Assembly (NCBI GenBank): GCA_964542425.1
Contig: CAZIUB010000044.1
Location: 8,443 to 72,442, forward strand
Origin: an uncultured Rhodospirillaceae bacterium
GTDB lineage: Bacteria; Pseudomonadota; Alphaproteobacteria; Dongiales; Dongiaceae
Length of the DNA stretch: 64,000 bases
Reading direction: 5' to 3'
The position numbers were made by a program, and so were the translations under genes. Position 1 is the stretch's first letter. Each line of letters starts with the position of its first letter. A model generated the notes under the pieces. That model was not told where the DNA came from, did not search any database, and saw nothing but the letters and a program-made list of their open reading frames with translations. Of the stretch, positions 41,836 through 51,840 are shown one piece after another.

Positions 41836-42921
41836 ATGAACAGGATTGCTTTGGCGCTCTTTGGCGCGCTCAGCCTTGGTGCTGGCGGGGCACTGGCCGA
41901 GGATATGGAACTCAATGTCTATAACTGGAGCGATTACATCGGCGAGACCACGATCGCCGATTTCGAGAAGGAAACCGGCATCAAGGTCCGCTACGACTAT
42001 TTCGACAGTTCGGAGACCTTGGACGGCAAGATGTTGGCCGGCGACACCGGCTACGACGTGATCTTCCCGACCCGCACCGTGATCACGCATCATGTCAGGG
42101 CCGGCATCTATCGACCGCTCGACAAGTCCAAACTCACGAACATCGGCAACATCGACGACAAGTTCTGGAAGGCCCTGGAAGTGGCCGATCCCGGCAATTT
42201 GCACGCGGTTCCCTACATGTACTGGACCAACGGCTTCGTCTATGATGCCAAGAAGGTGCAAGCGATCATGCCCGATGCCCCGGTCGATTCCTGGGCCATG
42301 ATCTTCAAGCCGGAAATCATCTCCAAGTTCAAGGATTGCGGCGTCTCGATCCTGGATTCGCCGGAGGACGTGATGGAGCTGGCGCTTAATTACCTGGGCA
42401 TCAATACCTCGACCAAAAAGCAGGAGGATCTGGCCAAGGCCGCCGATCTCATCATCGCGATCACGCCCTACATCCAGAAATTCGATTCCATCGGCACCAT
42501 CGACGCGCTGGCGGCGGGCGACCGTTGCATCGCGATGACGTGGTCGGGTGATTTCGCGCAGGCAAAGAATCGCGCCGCCGAGAACGGAATCGACGTCGAG
42601 CTGCAATTCGCGGTGCCCAAGGAAGGCGTCAATCTGGATTACGACGGCCTGGCCATCCCGGCCGATGCGCCCCATCCCGAGGCCGCGCACAAATTCATCG
42701 ATTTCATGCTGCGCGCCGATGTGATCGCCGCCGCCACCAACTACATCGGATACGCCAACGCCAACAAGGCGGCCACACCGCTGGTCCTGCCGGAAATCCG
42801 GGAGAATCCGGCGCTCTATCCCGACCCCGCGCGGCTTGCCCGGGTCTATACCAGCGATGTGCGCGACGCCGACGGCATCAGGGTGCTGACCAGCGAATGG
42901 AACCGGGCCAAGAGCCAATAG
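41836..42921 (+). CDS. PotF/SpuD-like polyamine ABC substrate-binding protein
   Basis: LNVYNWSDYI, TGYDV, WSGD, PKEG. Confidence 0.9.
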   Translation: MNRIALALFGALSLGAGGALAEDMELNVYNWSDYIGETTIADFEKETGIKVRYDYFDSSETLDGKMLAGDTGYDVIFPTRTVITHHVRAGIYRPLDKSKLTNIGNIDDKFWKALEVADPGNLHAVPYMYWTNGFVYDAKKVQAIMPDAPVDSWAMIFKPEIISKFKDCGVSILDSPEDVMELALNYLGINTSTKKQEDLAKAADLIIAITPYIQKFDSIGTIDALAAGDRCIAMTWSGDFAQAKNRAAENGIDVELQFAVPKEGVNLDYDGLAIPADAPHPEAAHKFIDFMLRADVIAAATNYIGYANANKAATPLVLPEIRENPALYPDPARLARVYTSDVRDADGIRVLTSEWNRAKSQ

Positions 42922-43177
42922 GGCCGCCCGGCACCCAAGGGAAACGGTCGCGGTCGGTGGCCGCGACCGGGTTCCTGAAATACAACCGCCGAAATCCGTG
43001 GTTAGGAATGGATCGACGCCGAGCGATATGGTTCGGGCGGGTGAGATCGGGCGCCTGTGGCACCCATCCAGGTCCCCGGCCGCGGCTTGAGCCCGGCCCC
43101 ATATTCGGCCAAGCCGATTTCACTTCACTGGAAAATCCTTTAGAAGGATTGCCAGACCCAACGTCTTGGAAACCGCG

Positions 43178-43537
43178 ATGTGGCGCCTGATCGCTTGCCT
43201 GCTCCTGCTATTCGGCACCGTCCCATCGGCGCTCGCCACCGAATATCTGTCGATGATTCCCGACATGCCCTTGCCCCTTGGCCTGGCCGAGGAGGCGGAC
43301 AAGGGCGCCGTTTTCGACGCGCCCACCGGGCGCATCGCCACCGGCTATGCGAGTGGGATGATCGCGGCAGGCGCGGTGCGCGACTTTTATCACCAAACCC
43401 TGCCGCAATTGGGCTGGGAGACGGTGACGCCGGGCACCTATCGACGGCAGAGCGAAACCCTCAAGATTGACGTGCTGGGCGGCGAGAACGGCGATGCGTC
43501 CATTGTCAGCTTCACCCTGTCCGCCGAGAGCCAATAG
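43178..43537 (+). CDS. Small secreted hypothetical protein
   Basis: Signal peptide; DMPL..GL, FD.P.GRI, FY..TLPQLGW. Confidence 0.75.
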   Translation: MWRLIACLLLLFGTVPSALATEYLSMIPDMPLPLGLAEEADKGAVFDAPTGRIATGYASGMIAAGAVRDFYHQTLPQLGWETVTPGTYRRQSETLKIDVLGGENGDASIVSFTLSAESQ

Positions 43538-43540
43538 GTC

Positions 43541-44317
43541 ATGACCTACGAGAATCTGCTGGCCGAGAAAACGGGGCGCGTCGGCCTGGTAACCTTGAAT
43601 CGGCCCAAGGCGATGAACGCGCTCCGCGCGGCGCTGATGGAGGAACTGGCCCTTGTGCTCGACGATTTCGAATCCGATCCCGGGATCGGCGCCATCGTGG
43701 TGACCGGCAATGACAAGGCCTTCGCCGCCGGCGCCGACATCAATGAGATGAAGGACCGATCCTTCCAGGATGTGTTCGCCGCCGATTTCATCACCAAGGA
43801 TTGGGAGCGGTTGGCGCGATGCCGCAAGCCGACGATCGCGGCAGTCGCCGGGTTCGCATTGGGTGGCGGTTGCGAATTGGCCATGATGTGCGACCTGGTG
43901 ATCGCGGCGGAGAATGCCAAGTTCGGGCAGCCGGAAATTACCATCGGCACCATTCCCGGTTGCGGTGGGACCCAGCGCCTGACCCGGGCGATTGGAAAAG
44001 CCAAGGCGATGGATCTGGTGCTGACCGGGCGCATGATGGATGCCGCCGAGGCGGAGCAGGCCGGGCTGGTGGCGCGCGTGGTGCCCGCCGATCGGCTGCT
44101 GGCCGAAGCTCTTGAAGTGGCCGAGAAAATCGCCAGCCATTCCCTGCCGATCACGCTGATGGCGAAGGAAGCGGTCAATCACGCGCTCGAGACGGGCTTG
44201 GCCGAGGGCATCCGCTTCGAGCGCCGGCTGTTCCACGCCACTTTCGCCACCGAGGACCAAAAGGAGGGCATGCAGGCCTTCGCCGACAAACGCAAGCCCG
44301 CGTTCAAGCATCGCTGA
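43541..44317 (+). CDS. Enoyl-CoA hydratase
   Basis: [20 protein letters not shown]. Confidence 0.95.
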   Translation: MTYENLLAEKTGRVGLVTLNRPKAMNALRAALMEELALVLDDFESDPGIGAIVVTGNDKAFAAGADINEMKDRSFQDVFAADFITKDWERLARCRKPTIAAVAGFALGGGCELAMMCDLVIAAENAKFGQPEITIGTIPGCGGTQRLTRAIGKAKAMDLVLTGRMMDAAEAEQAGLVARVVPADRLLAEALEVAEKIASHSLPITLMAKEAVNHALETGLAEGIRFERRLFHATFATEDQKEGMQAFADKRKPAFKHR

Positions 44318-44346
44318 AAGGCCAGCCCAGGGGAGATTCAGGAGCG

Positions 44347-44682
44347 ATGGCGAAGGAAACCATCATACAAAACGCGGCCATTCCGGCCGGCCGCATCAAG
44401 ATCAAGTCGGTGCATGTGACGATCGATCAGAAGCGCCATGAGATCGTCCATATGTCGATCGCGGACGTGCTCATCGCCGGGGCCCCGGATTGGTTCGCGC
44501 CGCGCCAAAAAGTCGATTTCTGCTTTGTCCTCACGCTTCCCAATGCCGAGCGCGTCTTGCCAACCTATGGCATCGTCATTCGCAACGATTCCGCCGGGCT
44601 CGAAGTGCGCTACACGCCGCCCTCGCTGCAATGGCGCGACATTCTGACCAAACTCATTCAGGAGGAAATGCGGCAAGCCTGA
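44347..44682 (+). CDS. Hypothetical protein (possibly PilZ-like beta barrel)
   Basis: AGGAG SD, coding-like codon use; weak fold resemblance only. Confidence 0.6.
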   Translation: MAKETIIQNAAIPAGRIKIKSVHVTIDQKRHEIVHMSIADVLIAGAPDWFAPRQKVDFCFVLTLPNAERVLPTYGIVIRNDSAGLEVRYTPPSLQWRDILTKLIQEEMRQA

Positions 44683-44764
44683 ACTGGCGAGGCGGCCAAG
44701 CTGGCGCACCAGGTGGTGGAACCGGCTGGCAATCCTGTTGAAAAATGGCCGCGAGGGGCCTTGG

Positions 44765-46018
44765 TCAAGCGGCCTCGGGCCTGCGCGGTGTCGGCGAATC
44801 CGGGCGCCGCTGCGAAACACCAGGCCCCCACTTGCCTTGCATCATGTAATCGCGGGTCGCTGGTGCTCCGGCGATTCCCCGGCACAATTGCATCTGGAAA
44901 ACCATGGTGTGATCCTGGCGGAATGTCAGCTCGCTACCTGTAAGATAGAATTCCCACATCCGGCAGAAACGCTCGTCAAAGAGCTTGGCAATCTCCGCCC
45001 GGTTTGCGGCGAAGTTCGCGCGCCAATGGCGGAGCGTCTCGGCGTAATGCAGACGAAGAATCTCGATGTCCGAGATCCACAGGCCGGTCTTTTCAACCAC
45101 CGGCACGACTTCCGAAAGCGCCGGGGCATAGCCCCCGGGGAAAATGTATTTGCGCACCCAAGGATTGGTGGCGCCCGGGCCGTCCCTTCTGCCGATCGAA
45201 TGCAGCAGCGCCACGCCGCCCGGCTTCAAGATCTCCTCCACCTTTTGAAAGAACTCCGGGAAATGCCTCAAGCCCACATGCTCGAACATGCCGACCGAAA
45301 CGACGCGGTCGAACAAACCCGTCTCCAGCCGATAATCCTGCAACTTGAAACTGACCAGATTGTCCAGGCCGGACGCCTTGGCGCGCTCGGTCGCCAATTC
45401 GCATTGTTCCTTGGAAAGCGTGACGCCGACGACCTCGACCCCGGCCGCCCTGGCCAAGTAAAGGGCGAGCCCACCCCACCCGCAGCCAATGTCGAGGACC
45501 CGCTGGCCCTTCTCCAGAAAAAGCTTGGCCGCGATGTGGCGCATCTTGGCCTGCTGCGCTTCCACGAGCGTCGCGTCGGCGCGCGCGAAATAGGCGCAGG
45601 AATATTGCAGGCTGGGATCCAGGAACAATTCGAACAGCCGGCGCGACAAATCGTAGTGATGGGCCACATGCTGCCGAGCCAGGCCGATCGGATTGTTCTG
45701 GTGCCACCAGCGCAACCCCGTGCGCGCCCATCGCATCAGGACGGCCCAGGCGTCGCCTTCGATGCGGGCCTGATTGGTCATGGCAATATCGATGAGGTCG
45801 TAAAGCGAACCCTCCTCGATGGTGATCCGGCGATCCATATAGGCCTCGCCAATCGCCAGCCAGGGATTGAAAGTCAATCGCCGATCGGTCGCCGCATCAT
45901 GCACGCGGATGGTCACTGTTGGTCCATCGGCGGCGTGGAATTCGTGGCGCCGGCCACGATGATCCAGCAGGGTCAACCGACCGTAATCCCCGCACTTGGC
46001 CAGGACTCGTTCGAACAT
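44765..46018 (-). CDS. cfa: Cyclopropane-fatty-acyl-phospholipid synthase family
   Basis: HHYDLS, YSCAYF, LDIGCGWG, YIFPGG, HYAETL. Confidence 0.93.
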   Translation of the reverse strand: MFERVLAKCGDYGRLTLLDHRGRRHEFHAADGPTVTIRVHDAATDRRLTFNPWLAIGEAYMDRRITIEEGSLYDLIDIAMTNQARIEGDAWAVLMRWARTGLRWWHQNNPIGLARQHVAHHYDLSRRLFELFLDPSLQYSCAYFARADATLVEAQQAKMRHIAAKLFLEKGQRVLDIGCGWGGLALYLARAAGVEVVGVTLSKEQCELATERAKASGLDNLVSFKLQDYRLETGLFDRVVSVGMFEHVGLRHFPEFFQKVEEILKPGGVALLHSIGRRDGPGATNPWVRKYIFPGGYAPALSEVVPVVEKTGLWISDIEILRLHYAETLRHWRANFAANRAEIAKLFDERFCRMWEFYLTGSELTFRQDHTMVFQMQLCRGIAGAPATRDYMMQGKWGPGVSQRRPDSPTPRRPEAA

Positions 46019-46158
46019 GGCAACTACCCCGGCCCCGGACTTGGCTCATCCGCCCGGTCCGACAAACACCCGTCCCAATCTAAAAATGCCTTGGAAAAAC
46101 TGTCAACACTTGCAATCGTGGCAACGGACGGCTTGAGATTGGAGGGCGGAAAAAAACG

Positions 46159-46470
46159 ATGACGCGGTCCGAAGGGGGGAAAATTGCTTCCGCCGACGAT
46201 CCGAAGCACTTAATCGAGCAGGTTTTTGCCATGGGGGATGAATTCCCGGGCCCGGCCGAGGATCTGTTGCTCTCTTGGATGTTGTCACTGGCACCGGAAG
46301 CCGATGCACCCCAAGCAGCGCGGCGTCTCGCCGATTGCTACGAATCACGACTGCGGGATGTGGCGGAAAACCGGCCCTTGCGCCGGCTCTGGCGGTTGCT
46401 TCGCGAGACCGCCATGGCCAAGAATGAGCGCGGCCGGCGCCGAGGCGGCGCCAATGGCCGACGGTCCTGA
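46159..46470 (+). CDS. Small hypothetical protein
   Basis: GGAGG SD; fills the gap between cfa and secB. Confidence 0.5.
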   Translation: MTRSEGGKIASADDPKHLIEQVFAMGDEFPGPAEDLLLSWMLSLAPEADAPQAARRLADCYESRLRDVAENRPLRRLWRLLRETAMAKNERGRRRGGANGRRS

Positions 46471-46478
46471 ATGATCCC

Positions 46479-47009
46479 TCAATTCAAGGGCGGTTTGGCT
46501 GCCCCGGAATTGCCGCTATGGGCCTGCTGTTGCTTCAGCAATTCCTCGCGTTTGTCCCGGTAAAGTGCGGCAAAATCGATGGGATTGATCAGGAGCGGCG
46601 GGAAATTGCCGGCCTGGATGGCATTGGCGATGATCTGGCGCGCAAACGGGAACAGCAAGCGCGGGCCCTCGATCATGATCAAGGGCAGCACATGTTCCTG
46701 GCCGACGCGCCCGACCCGGAACAGCCCGCAATATTCGCATTCGACCTGATAGACGACTTTTTCTCCGGTCTTGGCCTCGACCGACAGGAAGAGCGTGATC
46801 TCGACATCGGGCGGGTTCCTGGGCTCGATGCGAACGTCAACTCGAATGGTTCCAGTCGGTATCTCCTTCATGGCCAAGAGGGTTTGATGCCCGCCCGGAT
46901 TCTCGAACGAGAAATCCTTGAGATACTGGGTGATGACGGCGAGGGGAAATCCGTGCCCCTGCGGTGTGTCCTGGCCAGCCGGTTTTTGCGCCTGATCGTT
47001 TTCCGCCAT
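46479..47009 (-). CDS. secB: Protein-export chaperone SecB
   Basis: QYLKDFSFENP, PRLLFPFAR, PIDFAALY. Confidence 0.95.
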   Translation of the reverse strand: MAENDQAQKPAGQDTPQGHGFPLAVITQYLKDFSFENPGGHQTLLAMKEIPTGTIRVDVRIEPRNPPDVEITLFLSVEAKTGEKVVYQVECEYCGLFRVGRVGQEHVLPLIMIEGPRLLFPFARQIIANAIQAGNFPPLLINPIDFAALYRDKREELLKQQQAHSGNSGAAKPPLN

Positions 47010-47195
47010 GGTGAACAATCCTCAAGAATTTCAGGTGGGCGGTCCAGCTTTTTTCGCCATTTCCCCGGGCATTCGATGTGCGACCGATTGCCGCGATCGA
47101 ATCGCGATCTGGCGATCGACGGCCGAGATCAAAGGCCCAGTTCCAACCATCGGATGGCTGCACCTAGCATGCGGTACCCATGACTGGCAATCGCC

Positions 47196-47729
47196 TCAAG
47201 GCGGGGGCAACGTTGGATCGAAAGGCAGGATCTGGCAGTTGCGCAGTTCTTTTCCGCTCAGGCGCAAGATGAAGCCCCAATGGCTGACCACCGCCACATG
47301 ACGGAAATCCAGCCAACTCGCCGCTTTGTCGCGAAAGGCCCGAGCGCGGGTCCGGACCTGCTCCTCGGTCTCGTCCAGATCCGGCCACCACTTCTCCTCC
47401 AAATGGTCGAATCCCAACGCCGGCCACGATTGCGCCAGGTGGCTGCGCGGGCTGCCAATGTCGCAGTGATAGAGCGCGTGTTCCCGCACCAAGGGCTCAA
47501 CCGCCATCGGCAAACCGAGTGCCGAGGCGATGATCTCGGCGGTCTCCAGCGCGCGGGTATAGGGCGAGACCACGATCCGGCGCAACTCGCTGGAAGCCAG
47601 CGTTTCGGCGGCGCGACGGGCCTGATCGCGACCCAGTGGCGTCAGACAAGGATCGCCGATCCCGGGGTCGCGGCCGGTGCGGTTGAACACCTCGTTGAAC
47701 TCCGACTGGCCATGGCGAATTAGGATCAT
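47196..47729 (-). CDS. Histidine phosphatase family protein
   Basis: LIRHG, SPYTRA.ET, VSHWG. Confidence 0.9.
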   Translation of the reverse strand: MILIRHGQSEFNEVFNRTGRDPGIGDPCLTPLGRDQARRAAETLASSELRRIVVSPYTRALETAEIIASALGLPMAVEPLVREHALYHCDIGSPRSHLAQSWPALGFDHLEEKWWPDLDETEEQVRTRARAFRDKAASWLDFRHVAVVSHWGFILRLSGKELRNCQILPFDPTLPPP

Positions 47730-47731
47730 TG

Positions 47732-48103
47732 CCAGATCATATTTCGACCAGTTGGAACCGGCTCGGTTTGCTCGCCGGCGTGCCAGTCCGAATGGAGGAA
47801 CGCGCACCGGACGAAGTCCGCCTTCGCGGACGGGGGCGATGTGGTGCATTCGGCAAGCGGCCTGCCAAATGGGACGCCCACTGGGCGGATGGCCGCCAAT
47901 GGGACGCCCCTTTGCGGACCAAACCCCGAAGGGAACAGGCGCTTTTGGCCCAGTGGGACGCCCAGGGGGACGCCCAGGGGGACGCAATGGGGGTCGGCGT
48001 CAGGTGCCTTGGCCATAGCACCACTATGACCGGCGGCCCCTTTCTTGCATTTGGCCAAAATCGCTCTGTCCGAGCCATTCCATCTGGTCGAAACATGCTT
48101 GTT
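47732..48103. mobile_element. MITE-like element C (~370 bp) with ~30-bp TIRs and internal GGGACGCCC units
   Basis: ATCATATTTCGACCAGTTGGAACCGGCTCGG vs reverse complement AGCATGTTTCGACCAGATGGAATGGCTCGG; left flank CCAG. Confidence 0.78.
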
Positions 48104-48142
48104 TCATGACTTCCTTGGCCCTTTCGCCCAAGATGGGCCGCA

Positions 48143-48610
48143 CTAATCCTCGCCGACATCGATGATCGGACGCTCCGGCCCGGGATGGCGCGTGGGTGGG
48201 CGATCGTCGATGTCCTTGTGATCGCCGGTAACAATCGGATGATGCCGAACGTTCCTGGCCTGGAAGTGTCGCGCCACCCACCGAAGCAGACAGTCGCGGG
48301 TCCAGGGCAGCATCAGGGCAACAGCCACGATATCGCTGATCGGCCCCGGAACGATCAGCAGAATGCCGGCGATGGCGAAACAGGCGGCGTCGATGAGCGT
48401 ATGGCCCGGCTCATCGCCCATCTCAATTGCCAGGCGCAGTCGCTGGACCGCCTGCAATCCGGTTTGGCGCAGGACGAACAGCCCGGCAAGGAAGCCCGCC
48501 CCGGTCAGCGCCAGCGTAGCCGCCAGCCCGATCCTTTCAGCGAGCCACACCAGGCCCGCGATCTCCAGAAGGGGCCAGAACAGAATAAGCGCGCCTAACC
48601 ATCGTGCCAT
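48143..48610 (-). CDS. fxsA: FxsA family membrane protein
   Basis: PLLEIA, AGILLIVPG.ISD; near secB. Confidence 0.88.
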   Translation of the reverse strand: MARWLGALILFWPLLEIAGLVWLAERIGLAATLALTGAGFLAGLFVLRQTGLQAVQRLRLAIEMGDEPGHTLIDAACFAIAGILLIVPGPISDIVAVALMLPWTRDCLLRWVARHFQARNVRHHPIVTGDHKDIDDRPPTRHPGPERPIIDVGED

Positions 48611-48611
48611 A

Positions 48612-48640
48612 CTTGCCCTTCGACCGCCAATTGCCTATCT
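48612..48640 (+). promoter_or_regulatory. RpoH-like promoter pointing toward tim44
   Basis: CTTG-N18-CCTATCT. Confidence 0.45.
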
Positions 48641-48720
48641 AGAACCAAGGACCCAGAATCGAGGTACCAGGGTTTGCCGTTCCGTGGCGAGAAGTTTGCG
48701 CGGGGGCCGGCCGGGTGAGC

Positions 48721-48874
48721 CCCGTACCCGCCGTCGTAAGACTGGATGATTCGAGCCAATTTGGCCCCGCCCGTGCACACCGGCGGGTGCTATCTATCTT
48801 GTGACATGTGGCCCGACTTTCGTGGAAGTTTCGGAGTGTTTCGTGTATCACGCGTTTTCGAAAGTTGGCACTGG
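48721..48874 (-). repeat. Repeat family A, copy A4
   Basis: Reverse-orientation copy, 154 bp; shares CTGG with B2. Confidence 0.92.
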
Positions 48875-48994
48875 TGTTCCGCAACCAACATTCTGATCCC
48901 GGAATTTCGGCCCGGAACACTAGCAAGTTCAATGGCATGCGTTGTGGTTCCAACGGGAATGATTGGGAATCAAGCCTTGGAACCACACCACTAG
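48871..48994 (+). repeat. Repeat family B, copy B2
   Basis: CTGGTGTTCCG...CGGAACACTAG...TGGTTCCAA...TTGGAACCACACCACTAG, 124 bp. Confidence 0.92.
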
Positions 48995-49027
48995 CGCGCC
49001 GGTCGACCGGGAAAGGATGATTCTCGA

Positions 49028-49705
49028 TTGTCCCTGGATCTAATTTTCTTCGCGGTGGTGGCGCTGGTCCTTGGCTGGCGGCTGTATAGCGTGCTGGGCC
49101 GACGCACCGGGACCGAGCGGCGCGTCGATCCCTTGGCCGAACAACCGGCCGACGCCGCGGAATCATCGCCGGCGGTGGCGCGAATTCCCAGCCGCGCCGA
49201 TCGCGAGCGGCGTCAGATGGAAGCCGCGATCGCGGCGACCCCCCACGACACCCAGCAGGGCCTACGCGACATCAAATCCGCCGATTCCGGATTCGACGTC
49301 ACCCAGTTTCTCGCCGGCGCCAAGGTCGCCTTCGAGATGATTCTGGCTGCCTTCGCCAAGGCCGATTCGAAGGCCCTGCGGCCGCTTTTGAGCGATCAAG
49401 TGTTCGGCAATTTCAATACCGCGATAGAAGAACGGAAGCGCCGGGGCCACCATCTGGAAACCACGCTGATCGGCATCTCTGGGGCCGAGATCGTTGCCGC
49501 CCAGTTCCAGAAGGCGGGGAGCGAGGCTCGGATCACTTTGCGCTTCAACTCCCAGCAGGTGAATTTGACCAAGGATGCCGAGGGACGGATCGTCGAGGGT
49601 GATCCCGGCGAGGTGGCGACCATTGTCGATCTTTGGACTTTTGCCCGTTCAATCAAGTCGCGCGACCCGAATTGGACCTTGGTTGCCACCGAAAGCCCGC
49701 AATAG
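49028..49705 (+). CDS. Tim44/TimA family protein
   Basis: RLYSVLGRRTG, FLAGAK.AFEMI, D.WTFAR, DPNW.LVAT. Confidence 0.92.
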   Translation: MSLDLIFFAVVALVLGWRLYSVLGRRTGTERRVDPLAEQPADAAESSPAVARIPSRADRERRQMEAAIAATPHDTQQGLRDIKSADSGFDVTQFLAGAKVAFEMILAAFAKADSKALRPLLSDQVFGNFNTAIEERKRRGHHLETTLIGISGAEIVAAQFQKAGSEARITLRFNSQQVNLTKDAEGRIVEGDPGEVATIVDLWTFARSIKSRDPNWTLVATESPQ

Positions 49706-49709
49706 GTCC

Positions 49710-50933
49710 ATGCGTTTCGCTAGTGTTGCGGTTCCAACGTTTGATGCCCAATCATTCCCGTTGGAACCACAACGCATGCCATTCCCATTTGCTAGTGTTC
49801 CGGGCCGACATGTCCCTAGAGCGGAATGTCGGTTGTGGAACACCAGGCGCGCGCGCCTTGCGCTGCTACTGGCGCTCCTCGGATGTGCTTCGCCGCCCCC
49901 GGCCCTCTCGGCAGTTCCCCTAACGCGCCTGCCCGGCTGGTCGGTCGAAGCCGTCGCGCGGGCGGCGCCGGCGTTGCTTTCCGGCTGCCAATTCCTGGCC
50001 GCACTCCCGGCCGATCAGGCACTGCCGGCGATCGCACCTGGGATGTCGGCCGAGGATTGGCGCCGAGCTTGCGCGGAATTGGTGGCGGCCTCCCACCAGG
50101 GCGACGCTGCTCTTGCCCAGCACTTCGCCGATCGATTTGTTGCCCTGGCGCCGGCCGATTCCGGTGTAGCGGCCCTGATCACAGGATATTACGAGCCCGA
50201 ATTCGCGGGAAGCCTGACGCCCGATTTGCAATATCGTTGGCCGCTTTACGCGTTGCCGGCGAGCCCCTTGCGCTTCGATCGCGCCGCGATCTCGGCGGGC
50301 GCGCTCGATGGACAGGGACTGGAGCTCCTGTTTCTCGCCGACCCGATCGATGCCTATTTTCTCCAGGTTCAAGGTTCGGGGCGCGTGCGCCTGCCCGATG
50401 GCAGGGTGGTGCGGCTTGGCTATGCCGGCAGTAACGGGCGCGACTATGTGGCGATCGGCAAGCCGATGGTCGAGGCCGGCCTGATCCCGAAGGACCAGGT
50501 GTCGATGCAATCGATCCGCGCCTGGTTGATGGCGCACCCGGAAAGCATCCAGCAATGGCTCGATCGCAATCCGCGCTATGTGTTCTTCCGCGAATATGAG
50601 GGCCCCGGTCCCGTGGGCGCCTTGGGCACACCCTTGACCGCGCTGGCCAGCGTCGCCGTCGATCCCGAATTCGTGGCCATGGGCACGCCCATGTGGTTGA
50701 ATGCCGCGTGGCCCGCGAATGCGCCAGGCCAGGCCAGGGGCGCGGCGCTGCAAATCCTGGTCGTGGCCCAGGACAAGGGCGGCGCGATCAAGGGGACGGG
50801 CCGCATCGATCTTTTCTGGGGCACTGGCGCGCTGGCCGAGGAAATGGCGGGGCGGATGCGCATCGAGGGCTCCTATTATCCGATCGTGCCCAGGGATTGG
50901 GCATCGCGCCAGGGCTGGTTGCCAGATTCATGA
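49710..50933 (+). CDS. mltA: Membrane-bound lytic murein transglycosylase A with a 41-aa repeat insertion in its lipoprotein signal
   Basis: TGYYEP, QVQGSG, NPRYVFF, AQDKGGAIKG..R.DLFWG; lipobox LLGC. Confidence 0.92.
   Translation: MRFASVAVPTFDAQSFPLEPQRMPFPFASVPGRHVPRAECRLWNTRRARLALLLALLGCASPPPALSAVPLTRLPGWSVEAVARAAPALLSGCQFLAALPADQALPAIAPGMSAEDWRRACAELVAASHQGDAALAQHFADRFVALAPADSGVAALITGYYEPEFAGSLTPDLQYRWPLYALPASPLRFDRAAISAGALDGQGLELLFLADPIDAYFLQVQGSGRVRLPDGRVVRLGYAGSNGRDYVAIGKPMVEAGLIPKDQVSMQSIRAWLMAHPESIQQWLDRNPRYVFFREYEGPGPVGALGTPLTALASVAVDPEFVAMGTPMWLNAAWPANAPGQARGAALQILVVAQDKGGAIKGTGRIDLFWGTGALAEEMAGRMRIEGSYYPIVPRDWASRQGWLPDS
49720..49846 (-). repeat. Repeat family B, copy B3 (intragenic)
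   Basis: Reverse copy bounded by CTAG and CCAG, 127 bp. Confidence 0.9.
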
Positions 50934-51688
50934 CCGGCTCCAGGCCTAGGGTTGGTTTGTTTGTCACTTGCCTGGTCGATTTCTATCGCCCGAGCGTCGG
51001 CTTTGCCGCCATCCGATTGCTGGAGAAGGCGGGCTGCGATGTCCAGGTGCCGGGAGTTCAAACCTGTTGCGGCCAGCCCGCCTACAATTCCGGCGATAGG
51101 CTGGGCGCTGCCCGGATCGCGCGCCAAATCGTAACGGCGTTCGACGGCTTCGAATACGTGGTCGCGCCGAGCGGCTCCTGTGCGGCGATGATTCGCCACC
51201 ATTTGCCCGATCTGCTCGCCGATGATTCCACGTTCGGGCCGGGTGCCCGCTCTCTCTCAGCCAGGACCTACGAGCTGACGCAGTTCCTGGTCGATGTCCT
51301 GGGCTGGGACAGGATCGAAACGAGCTGCCAGGCCAAGACGACCTATCACGATTCCTGCTCTTCCTTGCGCGAAATGGGCATCAAGGACCAGCCGCGCCGC
51401 CTGCTGGCTCGGGTCGCTGGGCTGACGCTCGTGGAATTGGCGGACGCGGAGGCGTGCTGCGGATTCGGTGGCACTTTCTGCGTCAAGTTTCCCGACATCT
51501 CGGCGCGCATGGCGGCGGAAAAGACCGCCAATGTCGTGGCCACCGGGGCCGATCTGGTGCTGGCCGGTGACATGGGCTGCCTGCTGAATATCGCCGGACG
51601 CCTCGCCCGCGAGGGTGGGAAGGTCAGGGTCCGACACGTGGCCGAAATCCTGGCCGGAATGATCGATCATCCCGCGATCGGGGAATAG
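50930..51688 (+). CDS. lutA: LutA/YkgE-family Fe-S protein
   Basis: FVTCLVD, CCGQP, YHDSC, CCGFGG. Confidence 0.88.
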   Translation: MTGSRPRVGLFVTCLVDFYRPSVGFAAIRLLEKAGCDVQVPGVQTCCGQPAYNSGDRLGAARIARQIVTAFDGFEYVVAPSGSCAAMIRHHLPDLLADDSTFGPGARSLSARTYELTQFLVDVLGWDRIETSCQAKTTYHDSCSSLREMGIKDQPRRLLARVAGLTLVELADAEACCGFGGTFCVKFPDISARMAAEKTANVVATGADLVLAGDMGCLLNIAGRLAREGGKVRVRHVAEILAGMIDHPAIGE

Positions 51689-51689
51689 G

Positions 51690-51839
51690 CCAATGCCAAC
51701 TTTCGAACAAGCGTGATCCATGAAACGCTTCGACGCTTCGGCGAAAGTTGGCATATGTTACCAAACGATAGTACCCGCCAGCGTGCACTGGCGGGGTCGT
51801 TTGGCTCGAATCAGCCAGTCCCACGACGGCGAGTACTAG
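51690..51839 (+). repeat. Repeat family A, copy A5
   Basis: 150 bp filling the lutA-lutB gap; ends CTAG 1 nt before the lutB ATG. Confidence 0.92.
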
Positions 51840-51840
51840 C

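Noticed and set aside
43541..48610. Replication origin (mutM and secB often lie near dnaA or hemE)
   Set aside because: No dnaA, rpsT or hemE, no DnaA-box cluster and no AT-rich unwinding region seen.
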